A stretch of 63,974 nt of DNA, the filler included, from Collodictyon triciliatum (taxonomy: Eukaryota): assembly GCA_043381765.1 (NCBI GenBank). It is 12 parts of 12 records of this genome, joined end to end, with 100 filler letters (N's around TTAATTAATTAA, not from the genome) between each part and the next. Parts side by side here need not be neighbours in the genome. Positions count along the whole stretch, not along the records: positions 11,415 to 17,021 come from JBHJMP010005082.1; positions 17,122 to 22,731 come from JBHJMP010005083.1; positions 22,832 to 28,434 come from JBHJMP010005084.1; 9 more parts are not named here. One strand, written 5' to 3'. Each line of letters begins with the position of its first letter. Within the stretch, counting starts at the first letter, position 1. Below the pieces are notes generated by a model. It saw only the letters and a program-made list of their open reading frames with translations. It was not told the origin of the DNA and searched no databases. Of this stretch, positions 13,614 through 25,900 are shown piece by piece. The position numbers and the translations under genes were made by a program.

Positions 13614-16081
13614 ATGCCGCCCCGTATTGCATCTCTGGGCATGGCAGCAAATGTTCTTGAAGAAGCAGGGTCAAAGCTCCGCAATGGACAGCTCGTTGCC
13701 TTCCCCACCGAAACGGTCTATGGACTTGGGGCGAATGCCCTGGACGCAAAGGCCGTCGCCGGAATCTTCCAAGCCAAAGGCCGTCCACTCACCGATCCTG
13801 TAATTGTCCACGTTCTTCAGTGGTCCCATGCTCGACGCCTGCTCAAACCTGACCCGAAACGCCACCTCATCGCACAAACCTTGACAGAAAAGTAGCCCGA
13901 TTTCATCTGCACTCATCTAATACCCTGGCTTGACCAATCCTTCTGTTGCCTTCGTTTGATGTCATATTCTCTTTATGGCTCTATCAGTTGAAATACATAT
14001 GAAAATTATCGCTATCGATTAAAAATATACATACCACTTTATTTAATTTTTTCTTTTATAGAAAAAAAAGGTAGCTTAATTAATGTATATTTATGCATTT
14101 TGAAGGTTTTGGCCTGGCCCTCTCACGCTAATTCTCCCGGCATCGACCCAAAACACAAGTGAGACAGAAGCTATACCAGACATTGTCACTGCAGGTACAG
14201 GATTTGTAGGTGTAAGAAGTCCAAATCATCCAATCGCCCGAGCACTGATTGATGCCGCAAAGGTTTCCCACCATCTCTAATCATAATATACTTCCTCCTC
14301 GATAAGCATAAATACTATCCACTTCTTCGAAGAAAAAGATTTGGATGGTCCAACAGCAGCAGATGTCGATTCTCTCACTCTATGAAAGCAAAATAAATGT
14401 AAATAAGCAAAAGAATTAGCTATGAATCCTCTTGTAGATTCCGATAGCAGCGCCATCGGCAAATCGATTTGGACACACAAGCCCAACACTTCCTGAACAC
14501 GTTGTAGCAGATTTCCCTAATGAAGATGTGAGAGATAATTTGAATTTTCACTAAAATAGCATTTCTTGGATATATTTCACAGCTCTTCCTACAATGCACA
14601 AAAAATCATAGCTGGAAATGCTTCTATCACAACATAATTAAATCAATATACGTTTTACAGCCATTCCAAAATTTATGTACATATTTTTCTGTATCTTTCT
14701 GTATCTCTGTTTATTATTCATAGTTGTTTTTTCTGGGTTCGTCTGTATGATGCCAATTTAGTTCTTGGTTATTGATGGAGGCGCTTGCTCAGTTGGGATA
14801 GAATCAACCGTCGCTAAAATAGAAGAGGAGGGCCACGTTACTATCCTTCGTCGAGGAGCAATTACATCGCATGTATTCTTTTCCAGGAGACACCCCCTGC
14901 CTTTTTTTTTTTATTCTCACATATTTAATTTTGTTGCCATCACCATTTTCTCCTATCATTTAAATAAGAGTATCAAGGAATATAAGAGAAGAGAAGGTGA
15001 TGAAATAATCCAACAAATTGACTGATCGCAGGATATGTCGAGCTGTTTGAACTCTGCTGGAATTAATGTCGATGTGTCTATTGTATCCAGAGCCGTTAAG
15101 GAACACATCGCCCAGGCACATCAATTTAATCCCAATATTTTGATTACTGCAAATTTATAGACTAGCATTACTGACATGTTCTAGGGTTAGCATGTCATTA
15201 CAGTCTTATATTTTACTATGCCATTTAACATTATACGCTGTACAGGAAGCTCCTGGCCAGCTACTCACCCACTACGCACCAGACGTCGAAGCCTTTTTAT
15301 TAGATGGAGAAAGTCAAAAAGCTCCCTTACTTTCGGTAATATGGCTGATGAATATGTATATGATAATATACGATCATATTTAATATATACATTATTTATC
15401 AAAATGGAGCAAATGCAAATGTAGATTCAAAAAAAAAAGTGCGACGTTTTCCCTCTGTTAATATTGCCAACTCACGAACCTTTTTCTTTTAATCCACCCC
15501 TTTAACTTTACTTTGACGATGCAATACAAGGAGGGCGCTAGAAAAATTCCTTTTTCAGAAGCCATTCTGATCGACTATGGCGCAAATTATGAACATATGA
15601 AATCCAAATTCAAAGCGTAAGCATTTCCATGTCTCATGCGAGTAAAATTTATGAACTTATAATAAATAAATGAATATATTTTTGGATCAATGCAGATACT
15701 ATGATCTATCCGAGAAAAGAAACGCTGAGCAGGCAGCGCTTAATCTCTTCAAAACATTGCGGTACGATAATCGCTCGATAATGAACTACCATCTTATTCT
15801 GCTTAATTAGGCATTAACCCTTGTTTATATTTCTTTCAAAATGCTATTGTTTAATACACACTCAAATTTCCATCACCAAACTCGCTTCCGAATGACTAAT
15901 TGATTGCTCTAGATGGACCGAGACAATCAGCGGCGCAGTGGCGGTTGTACTTCCAGACTTATCCAAGAATGCTTCCCACGCATCAGACGAAGCTTCACTC
16001 GCAGTGCACGATAGAATATTCCGCGCAGCATCTGGGAAGCAATGCCACTTTGACACAGAATCGGAATCTTTCTTGGCATAA
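13614..16081 (+). CDS. SUA5: Threonylcarbamoyl-AMP synthase Sua5/TsaC2 (YrdC domain + SUA5 C-terminal domain)
   Basis: VAFPTETVYGLGANA, KGRPLTDPVIVH, FWPGPLTLIL, PIAAPSANRFG, GIESTV, APGQLLTHYAP, AVHDRIFRAASG across ~9 exons; stop TAA 16079-16081. Confidence 0.95.
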
Positions 16082-16864
16082 ATAAGTCACTTATAGCTGT
16101 TTATCCCACTTCATCCCCATTGCAACAAACAGACTCGTCATTCGTTCTCTAGGTGTTTCCTCCACTTCTTTGAGAAGCATTCTAAGGGAATACAATAACA
16201 GAAAGGTGGCCTTTCATCTGCTTATTATCTATTTTATCGACAAACCAGCGAAGAGCGAATTAAAAAAATTGCCAAAGCGAAAGATAACTCTAATGCCGAT
16301 GGATGTCTATGCAGGTGTGGGCGATGGAAGAGAGGTAGACTTTTGGGCACCGGGCAATCCCAATCATAATCGCGAAAACATATTATTCGAGGCACTCATG
16401 ACTTTGCATTTGACCTACTGACTCACAGTGCCTTCCAACTCCTTCGGTCAGTGTGTGCTATCTGCAGATTACACAATAACGCATGGGCAGTTATCCACAA
16501 GGAACCAACGACCGAAGCCGGCCGCAACCGTGCGTATTAACGAATAAAACAACATCATCCACTTTGAATCGAATAAAGGAAAAAGAAAAAAAAACATAAT
16601 CCATTCTATGTCCATATTGTATGCGATGTAAAATGGTCACGGCAGCCAAACGCTCTTTAACTCCCGCGGACTCTTCTGAACGTCAAAATAAATGCGATAA
16701 TAATTCAATAGAAGAAAAGAGAAGACAAGAAAAGCATTTGCGCAGCCCCGTCTGCACCTGAATTAAAAACATACGTATCAAAGAGTATACAGAAAACAAA
16801 ACAAGCATACGTAATTGTTTTCTTCTTTCTCGAGGCTTGGCGTGATTGGCATCCAAACAAGCTG

Positions 16865-17021
16865 AAAAAAACAAAAAACAAAAAACAAAAAACAAAAAAC
16901 AAAAAACAAAAAACAAAAAACAAAAAACTAAAAACTAAAAACTAAAAACTAAAAACTAAAAACTAAAAACTAAAAACTAAAAACTAAAAACTAAAAACTA
17001 AAAACTAAAAACTAAAAACTA
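16865..17021. repeat. (CAAAAAA)n/(CTAAAAA)n compound microsatellite at contig end
   Basis: Heptamer arrays that switch unit midway. Confidence 0.9.
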
Positions 17022-17121
17022 NNNNNNNNNNNNNNNNNNNNNNNNNNNNNNNNNNNNNNNNNNNNTTAATTAATTAANNNNNNNNNNNNNNNNNNNNNNN
17101 NNNNNNNNNNNNNNNNNNNNN

Positions 17122-17292
17122 ATAAAAAAGACATAAAAAAGACATAAAAAAGACATAAAAAAGACATAAAAAAGACATAAAAAAGACATAAAAAAGACAT
17201 AAAAAAGACATAAAAAAGACATAAAAAAGACATAAAAAAGACATAAAAAAGACATAAAAAAGACATAAAAAAGCATAAAAAAGACATAAAAA
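17122..17292. repeat. (GACATAAAAAA)n 11-bp minisatellite at contig start
   Basis: Tandem 11-mer array. Confidence 0.9.
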
Positions 17293-17435
17293 GCACCATC
17301 AAACCAAAAAAAAACTGTAAGGATAATATGAAAGCCATATTAAGGAATATTGTATCATTTAATTTGGCGAAGGAATCAACTTATAACCATATTTTTAAAT
17401 ACAAGCTTTCATTCTTATTTTTATTAGAAAAATTG

Positions 17436-20150
17436 ATGAAAAATCCATTCATCGCGACTATCTTGACTTTGGGTATTGATTCATCTACCACGAGCTAATA
17501 ATTAAAAATTCGTGTTTTTTTGCTAAATATTTGCAAATAATTTATTGATGATTATTTTCTTGTAGGGATTTTCTTCCATTTTCAATTGTGTCTTGTTGAG
17601 GGGCAGAATTACCTCATTCGCACAATATTTGGTCATAGTGATAGTGTATCAAGTGTTGCCGTCACTAGAGACAACTCAAAAATTGTTTCTGGAAGTCGTG
17701 ATGCTACAATAAAAATATGGAATACTTCTGATGGAACTCTAATTCGCACATTAATTGGTCATACAAATGTTGTCATCAGTATGGTACTTTCCAGTGATGG
17801 TGAAAAAAATTGTCTCTGGAAGTGAGGATTGCACAGTGAGGCTTTGGAATATATCTGACGGAGCGTTGATTCATACATTAAATGGTCAAGATAATTGGGT
17901 TAGAAGTGTTGCTATGACTTCAGACGGCTCGAAAATAATTTCAGGGAATTGGGATTCTACAATAAAAATTTGGAATAGTTCGAGTGGAACTTTGATTCGC
18001 TCATTTTTTTCCCGCAATGGAATTGTTATTAGCCTTTCTATTTCACCCGACGATTCGAGAATTGTTTCTGGAGGTCAGTTTTCTGATGTCAAAATTTGGA
18101 ATATCAATGATGGAACATTAATTCGAACGTTGATTGGTCATATCTCTCATGTTGAAGGTATTGCTATCACACCTGATGGGTCAAAAATAGTTTCTGGAGG
18201 TTGGGATATTACAGTTAAAGTGTGGAATTTATCTGACGGGGCATTGATTCACATATTAACCGGCCATAGTCAAGCTGTCAATGGAGTTGCTATCACGCCT
18301 GATGGGTCAAAAATAGTTTCGGGAAGTTCTGACAACACTGTTAAAATTTGGAATCTCTCTGATGGAACATTGATAAATACATTTGTGAGTTACGATAGTT
18401 ACTTTAGAAGTGTAACTGTTACACCTGATGGTTCAAACATAATTTCTGGTAGCGGCAATGGTGCTATAAAAATTTGGGGACTTTGCAGTGCCGGCTCCTT
18501 CTACGATTCCACACTTAGCCAGTGTATTACCTGTCCAATGGGGAGTTTTGGCCCTGGAAGAATTTCAGCATCATGTACATCATGTCCAGCTGGAACGTTC
18601 AACAACAAAACTGGTTCATTTGATTCATCATCGTGCATCCCCTGTCCTAATGGAAGCTACAGCTCAGAAAGAAGCTCATCATGCACTGCATGTCTACCAG
18701 GATTCTATCAAAAAGAAGGCATTATAAAGGACATACATTCATGCTATCTTTGCCCGGAAGGCAAATTTACCTCTTATTCAGGCTCATACGGTGTTTCTTC
18801 TTGTGTCGAATGCAAAAATGGAAATGAGAACGATCCTAGTTCATGTTTGCCGAAATCTTGTAAAGGAAATTATTCATGCAATGAGACCATAAACCTGAAT
18901 TCTAGTACAGTGAGCCATAGTACGAATCTTTTCAACCTTTTTCAAAACTCAAAGTCAGAAAATATGGGATATAGGATTTCCATGGTGAATGATTTAGCCT
19001 TGATTTCTGTTCCGTCATGCGTAAATCCACTCGTTTCATGCGATGGAGGGTATGTTTTGGCCTATAAATGGATTGAAAATCAATTTAATTTTACAAAGAA
19101 AATTAGAAATCCTTTCTACAACAGGGATGTGAAATTTGGCTTCGACATGAATATGAAGGGAAATTTTCTGGCTGTGTCAGCACCAGGCTCAATTCGTCGT
19201 GATGATTCGGCGGGGATTGTCGTCATTTATTTTTGGGATGCCTTGCTGAATACATTTAAAAAAATATGCTCCTTAACGTCAGGTAGAACAAAAAATGATG
19301 CGAGTTTCTCAAAATCATTAAGTATCTCAGGTAAGTACGTTGCGGTTGGGTCTCCAAATTATGAGTCATCCAAAGTTCTCAATTCTGGTCGTGTTTACAT
19401 CTTCAATATTGGCGAGGACAATAAATGTAGCGCACTTCCAACCATCATTAACTCTTATTTAAAGATTGAGAATGAGTTTTTTGGTTCTGATGTTTCATTA
19501 GGTAGTGAAAATCTATTAGCAATCTCCAATCGCCCTTCAAATAAGATTTATGAAATCGTCTATGTCGTGCGCAGAGATAATAGAAGGTGGTACATGAGCC
19601 ACACGATAGCTGACAATACAAAGTCTGGATTTGGGTGGAAAGTTCAGCTGATTGGCAGTTCCTTATTCATTTCTGCGGTGAATGATGACACTGCATCACC
19701 AAAATCAGGCTCCATCAGTGTGTATGAGCTCAAGACGCAGAGTCATTTCACCCTAAAGTCTACTATCAGGCCAAAAATAAGTGTTCAAAATGAGCACTTT
19801 GTATTCAGCTTCTACTCTGATGGACAAAAAATAGTAGTAGGATCGAATCCTTGTGACGGAGATTCTGTCTGCGAGTCAAAGAGTAAGACAATTTTTTAAA
19901 TCTAACTACCTAGTAGACTCACCTTTCATTATTATTATTATTATTTTTAGGAAAAGTATACATTTTCGGGCTCATAGCGGGTAATTGGCTTGAAAAAAGA
20001 CAGTTGGCCAGCGGAAGCGCGAATGCATCAGATGGATTTGGATTCGATGCTGCCTTCGTGAATAACACGTACTTGATTTCAGCTCCGTCTGAATCTTCGA
20101 AAGGGATTCGCAAAGGAGTGGTCTATCTTTTCAGAGACCAGCACCACTAA
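17436..20150 (+). CDS. Putative secreted protein: signal peptide + 7 WD40 repeats + Cys-rich (GCC2/GCC3, TNFR-like) repeats + FG-GAP beta-propeller; one frameshift
   Basis: Exon 17436-17472 plus exon from 17566 gives MKNPFIATILTLGIFFHFQLCLVEG-QNY. Seven 42-aa WD repeats (e.g. GHSQAVNGVAITPDGSKIVSGSSDNTVKIWN), with a +1 A in the A7 run at 17803-17809. CxxCPxGxF repeats. FG..AVSAPG / AVGSP..SGRVYIF FG-GAP blades. Intron 19883-19950; stop 20148-20150; no C-terminal TM segment seen. Confidence 0.8.
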
Positions 20151-21169
20151 CTACAAAATAAGTCGACAAGAATTCGACGTGAAGACAATTCAAAGTCTTT
20201 CATTTCATGAATAAAACATAAAAAAAAAAAATAATAACAAGACTTGGACCCGTGATGTTTGTAAAATGTAAGAGTTTCGATCGGTGCAAAACCGAGGCTT
20301 TAGAGAATATGTATGAAAAATATTGTCATTAATGTTTTTTTTTCAATATATCATTCATAAACCTTTATTAACTTGCACAAACTGATAGAAAGTGAGAAAA
20401 ATTCATTAATAGGAAAAAAACCGAGGAAACCACCTTCGCCTCTAGGACAAAAATGAGCGATGAACAAGACAGCAGAAACCCGGATTGTGTGGTTGGAGTT
20501 TTTGTGTTTTGGATGAAAGAAAAAAGGAAAAAGAAAAAAAGGAAAAATAACAAGATAGAAAGGAGAGGAAGTATAATCACACGCGGACTATTCTACCCGA
20601 GGTGAATCAGCTCCAACACGATTTCTGGTTGTATTCGAGACTGACAGAAGAGCGGATAAAGTTGTCGGGTTGATGAAAGTATGCACATGGCAGTTACTTC
20701 GAAAATTGATTCCGATGAGTCCATTCAACCATCTATCTCAAACAAGGTTTACATCCTTTTTCATTCCACAGGATGAGTCTTTTGAGGGGACAATGGGTCA
20801 CTTTCCTTGCGTTTCTTGCTGGGCGACTCAGATATAAAACGATACATAGTTGTTTGTCCGGTATTATCGGAAGTGGCGCTTGACTGTCCCCTGGTTTCGG
20901 AGCCATGCGTAGCCGGCAGTGGACTTTGCTTAACCATAATATGGATACGCATTTGTGGTTTTAGAAACATACGCTCCTGCTTGCTCGGACTGTCTTTGGT
21001 ATGTGAAGTTCCAAGCTTGGTTTCGACTTGTGCTGTTTGCTCTTGCTCCTTGGTTCTGGGTGCGACGGGCTGGGGCAGGGATAAACGGACTACCTTTGGT
21101 GAATACATGTTTTAACACTCGATAAGCACAGCCAACCACAGCCGTCCTGAATAACAAAGGAAAATGGCG

Positions 21170-22100
21170 CTCACGCAGACCAATCTCATACGAAATCTCA
21201 TCGCCATTCTTTTCCGCCTCAAGAACGAACGCTCGTCCAACGGTGCGCAGTCTATGCAGTTCTCGATGGCTATGTCCTACTCCAAATTCTTTCGATACAA
21301 AATATCGCCGCCGACACCCTACAAAAAGTCAAAACATCAACAGTGGGGAGAAACACGGGCATCACCCACACCCCTCTCACCGCGAGCTGGAAACAAGCAC
21401 GAACCCCGCAAGTCCTTCCAAATCACCGCTCTCTAATGCATAATATCACCAATAGGGAGCTATGGATAGGCACACGCGCGGCAAAAGCTGGCAAAGTCTC
21501 CCAACAATGCGCACTTTGCAGCAACAGTGATGAATCCATTGAGCACACATTTGTGCAATGTCCCTTCGCTCAAAACCTGCGCGAAACAGCCGGTGAGACT
21601 CTTCGACTGGCACTCTAGACAGCTGCTGCTGTTTGTCCAATCCAGGCGATGTTTGGTCCTCTGCAACAGCTGCGTCCAGAGGCAAAAAAATTCTGGGCAT
21701 TGACGCGAGGCCATTTGCTATGGACTATGTGGATAGCACGCATATACTCACGCAAAGCAATACTCAACAACCAGCCACCCATTCCTGATAATGGACTGAA
21801 TGACATCATACAAATGTCTTTCCTCAACAGCTTTCTTCGCCACCTGCACGTTATCTACTACTCCGACCCCGTGAGAAGAGACATGTGGAAATAGGCTGAG
21901 AAAGATATTAAACCTCGCCTTGTATCTCTCATGCAAGCACAAGATTCAGGCTACAGGCCAAACCGCAGGATGCAACTCCTGATAACCGACTACTTCTCCG
22001 CCAACCAGCCACCAAGTAGCGTCCATGCAAACGATGGCTAGCGAACCAAAGCCAACATCTTCACCATCCTGCACAAAATCGAAAGGAAGAATAAAAAAAA
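21170..22100 (+). mobile_element. Decayed 3' fragment of an L1/Tx1-type non-LTR retrotransposon (zf-RVT region, 3' end and A tail)
   Basis: LWIGTRAAK..CALCSNSDESIEHTFVQCPFA (CCHC zf-RVT) followed by FWALTRGHLLWTMWIAR. In-frame TAG stops at ~21616 and ~21892. Ends in AATAAAAAAAA at ~22090-22100. Confidence 0.8.
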
Positions 22101-22399
22101 TGCATATTTGAATGAAATTTACTCTGGGCAGCGCAGCACTTTTAGTTCCTGCTCTACAAAAGCCTCAAGATTCAGCAGGAGTCTTGGTTGGGGGCTTCGG
22201 TGGACCAGGGAAGATGACAGACTCCTAGTGACGTCCCCTCTGTGGGTGAATCCCTTTTGGTCGTCAGCACCAGCCGGCCATATTTCGATAGCTCCGACAC
22301 TGGAACTGGGATGATTCAAAAAGACGGATTGAATATGATTCATATTAAAGAGTATTCATTTTTATAGACTCGTCTGTGATTATCGATCATGACTATAGA

Positions 22400-22731
22400 T
22401 GATGTGACGTGAGTGTTGATATGCTCATACTCTAACATCGTTCGAAACTTGAGTCAGGGATATACTTTAGAATGCTCCTTTTGGTATTCCTCAATTATAC
22501 AAAGGCAGCAGGAATGTCAGAGACCTAAGGACCGGCCAGGATTCTTTCTCTGGACCTGCAAGCAACAAATATCAGAAACCTCACTGGATTTAAGTAGCTA
22601 AAAACTTTGGTCATTCGTTTGATGCTTCTGCGTTATTATACGAAAATTCCTTCAATAAATTTATAGATATCTCAACAACGTTCCCACCGTCTTGCACAAA
22701 ATTGAAAGGAAGAATAAATTCATAAAAAAAA
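22400..22731 (+). mobile_element. Second, more diverged LINE-related 3' end
   Basis: 22685-22718 matches the terminal 34 nt of the upstream LINE (22062-22095) at 31/34 positions and is followed by an A tail. Confidence 0.5.
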
Positions 22732-22970
22732 NNNNNNNNNNNNNNNNNNNNNNNNNNNNNNNNNNNNNNNNNNNNTTAATTAATTAANNNNNNNNNNNNN
22801 NNNNNNNNNNNNNNNNNNNNNNNNNNNNNNNAAAAAGAAAAAAGAAAAAAGAAAAAAGAAAAAGAAAAAAGAAAAAAGAAAAAAGAAAAAAGAAAAAAGA
22901 AAAAAGAAAAAAGAAAAAAGAAAAAAGAAAGAAAAGACCATATTTACTAAAAAAAAATATGAAACTTTAC

Positions 22971-25900
22971 TTGCGCTATGTAAGTCAGAGATATCATAAA
23001 AGGAAGACTCAGGGCAAGGTATAAATGCAAGTAACTCTTTTGTCATTTCTAATACGTGAGGTGGAATATCATCAGGCTTTTTCACAAGAATATCCAGGAT
23101 TACGTCACCAATAAGATCAGACAAAGCTGAGTCGGTAATTTTTGTAGTAATTTCAATATTTTTTCTATTTAAATCGATTCTATCCCGAATCATTATCCTC
23201 TCCCGAGTCGAATCCAAACCATGATGTATTTCTTCACTATTAATAGACTCTTCAACCGCCCTTTCGCACACCTCAACTTCATCATTTTCATCTTCATCGA
23301 ATGTCTGTTCGTATACAGGATCATCAATTTCGCTGGCAACCTCTGCCTCATCCATAGAACCACTTCTATTGAGTTTGCTTGGGGGGCTATTCTTGGAATT
23401 GTGTTTTGATTTGGACGTCGCTTGCTTATCTTCGGCGTCCATAGATTCGAAAGAATCTTCATAACTAGCAGTTTCACTGGCTGATTTTTCTAAAATGCGC
23501 GAAGTTTTGTCAAAATAATCTTCCTTAATTAAATCTACCTTGTTGGGTGAGTCTATGTTAGCAAACGAATTCTCATACTCTTGAGGCTCACTTGAATTGT
23601 CAGTTCCATTGAATTCAATAGACTCATCGATTTCATCTTCAACGCTTCTATCGATTTCTATTGTATTCATTTTTTTGTAGGCCATTGTTTTGGTGCTTGG
23701 AAGATAATCTGATTGCTTTTTTTCCTGCACTTGATCATTTTTTCCTTGACTTAATTTTAAATTCTCGTGGTCTTCAGTGCTTTCCTCAAATGTATTTGTA
23801 TATTCGTCTGTGTGCTCAAACTCTGATTCGGGTTCAAAATTGGATTCGTTTAAAGCTGGGGGTTTTGTTGACTCTTCAGATGAGATGATATTTCGTTCTG
23901 CCGACTGCTTATTTAGTACAATAGATGAACTAAGTGCATTCAATTTTGTAGCCCTTGATTCTTCAACACTGTCTCCAAACGTGTTTGTATAGTTAGTTTT
24001 TTCATTATCTGATTCATTCTCAGTTTCAATTGAATCATCTATAGAGTCCTCAGATGTGCTCTCTTCGGTTAAGGCTGATTCGGCAGTGCTTGTTGTTTGT
24101 ATCTTACTTTGTGTCTTTGACTTTGATTTTGATGCGATGGACTCTTCGACATCGCTGTCGTCAAATGTATTTGCATAGTCTTTTGTTTTCTCCTGTGAGT
24201 CGGTTTCAGTCCCAATTGAATCATCTATAGAGTCTTCGGATGTGCTCTCTTCGGGTATGGCTGATTCGGCAGTGCTTGTTGTTTGTATCTTACTTTGTGT
24301 CTTTGACTTTGATTTTGATGCGATGGACTCTTCGACATCGCTATCGTCAAATGTATTTGCATAGTCTTTTGTTTTCTCCTGCGAGTCCGTCTCAGTCCCA
24401 ATCGAATCATCTATAGAGTCTTCGGATGCGCTCTCTGCGGATACAGTTGATTCTACTGGGGTTGTAAGCGCGTTTTTTTGAGTTCTTGACTCTGTGATTA
24501 GTATTGCGTCAATTTAGTTTCAGATATTCCTTATTTGTCTCGGAATGTGAAGGAATGAATGAGATGGAGATCAGATCTGAACTAAGAGAAGAAAAAATAA
24601 CGAAAGGAGTACGCACTTGCATTCTTATGAACCTCACATACTTTTTCAGAGGATTGTTCAAATTCGTCATCAATCACTTGGAGAAGGCTGTGAGTAATTT
24701 TTAATGTTAAGCTAATTATTGAAAAGAAGAACGAAAATTATTAAGCTAATCGAATTCTATCAACATTATAAGGCTAATATCGAATTTTTGAGGTCTGCAA
24801 AAATTACTAAGGACGTAAGATGGTATTTATCTAGATAAAATTTAACAAATCTGACCTTGGGTGTCCTTTTTCTAAGCGAGTGTCTTTACAGCCTTTTACG
24901 GTGAAAAAATTAGCTTAATACCATGAAAATTTATTCATAAAAATATATCACCTTTGTGACTGTCAGAGGTTACATGCATGCTTGCCTTTGATTGGTCCTT
25001 GGTATCAACAATTGGATGTTCAGTTTTTTTCTTTTGTTTGGATGGAGAATGAGTGGACTGGGGATTATCTGATAATTGAGATATTTTTGCATTTAGTTTT
25101 TCAAGTTTATGACGTAATTGTATCTCATCATTTTCCATTTCTTGTTGCAAAAGTTTCTTTTGCAAGGCCTTTGCTATTCTCTCCTTTTCAGAAACCTCTT
25201 TTCTCAGCATTCTCAATTTTTCCTCTTTGGCCGATAATTCTTTATCTTCTCTAAGCAAATTTTGCAGTGATTCATCTGAAGATGAATCAAGTGTTCGAGT
25301 ATCTTCGAATGAATTTGATTGTATCGATTTTCTAATGATTTGTTTTCTCACCAAAACCTTATTTTCGCTCTGATTGAATGGTTTGATATCTGAAGTTCTA
25401 TTGTGCTGACTATTGCCTACCCCTGATTTAACCTTGGATGAAACGTACGATTCAAAACTATCGCTTTGTATGTATTCAGACTCTGATGGCGAATCGGATG
25501 ATGTTGTGGTTGACATATCTGACTCGGGAATAGAACTGCGATAGTCACCAGTGATTTCACTTGTACGTCCAGAAGTCATGTTCGGTTCATCTTCTACAAT
25601 ACCTGTTGAAGAGACATCCGATTCTTGAATAGATTCATCGATAGATTCTCTTATTGATTTAGTTATTGCACTGTCTTCGAATGAGTCCGAATATGATTTT
25701 GTTTCAATTATTTCATCAATTGCTGAATTATCTTCAAAATCAGAGCTGTCAGAATGATTATAATCATCAATGCTCTCACTGATTTCCGTTTGTGACGCTG
25801 ATTTTGTCTTGGAGGTAGATGATGCAGTTGCTATACTTTCAGTAATATCAGCAGATGAACCAGATGATGCAGTAGATACACTGGGATGCGTTTTTAGCTT

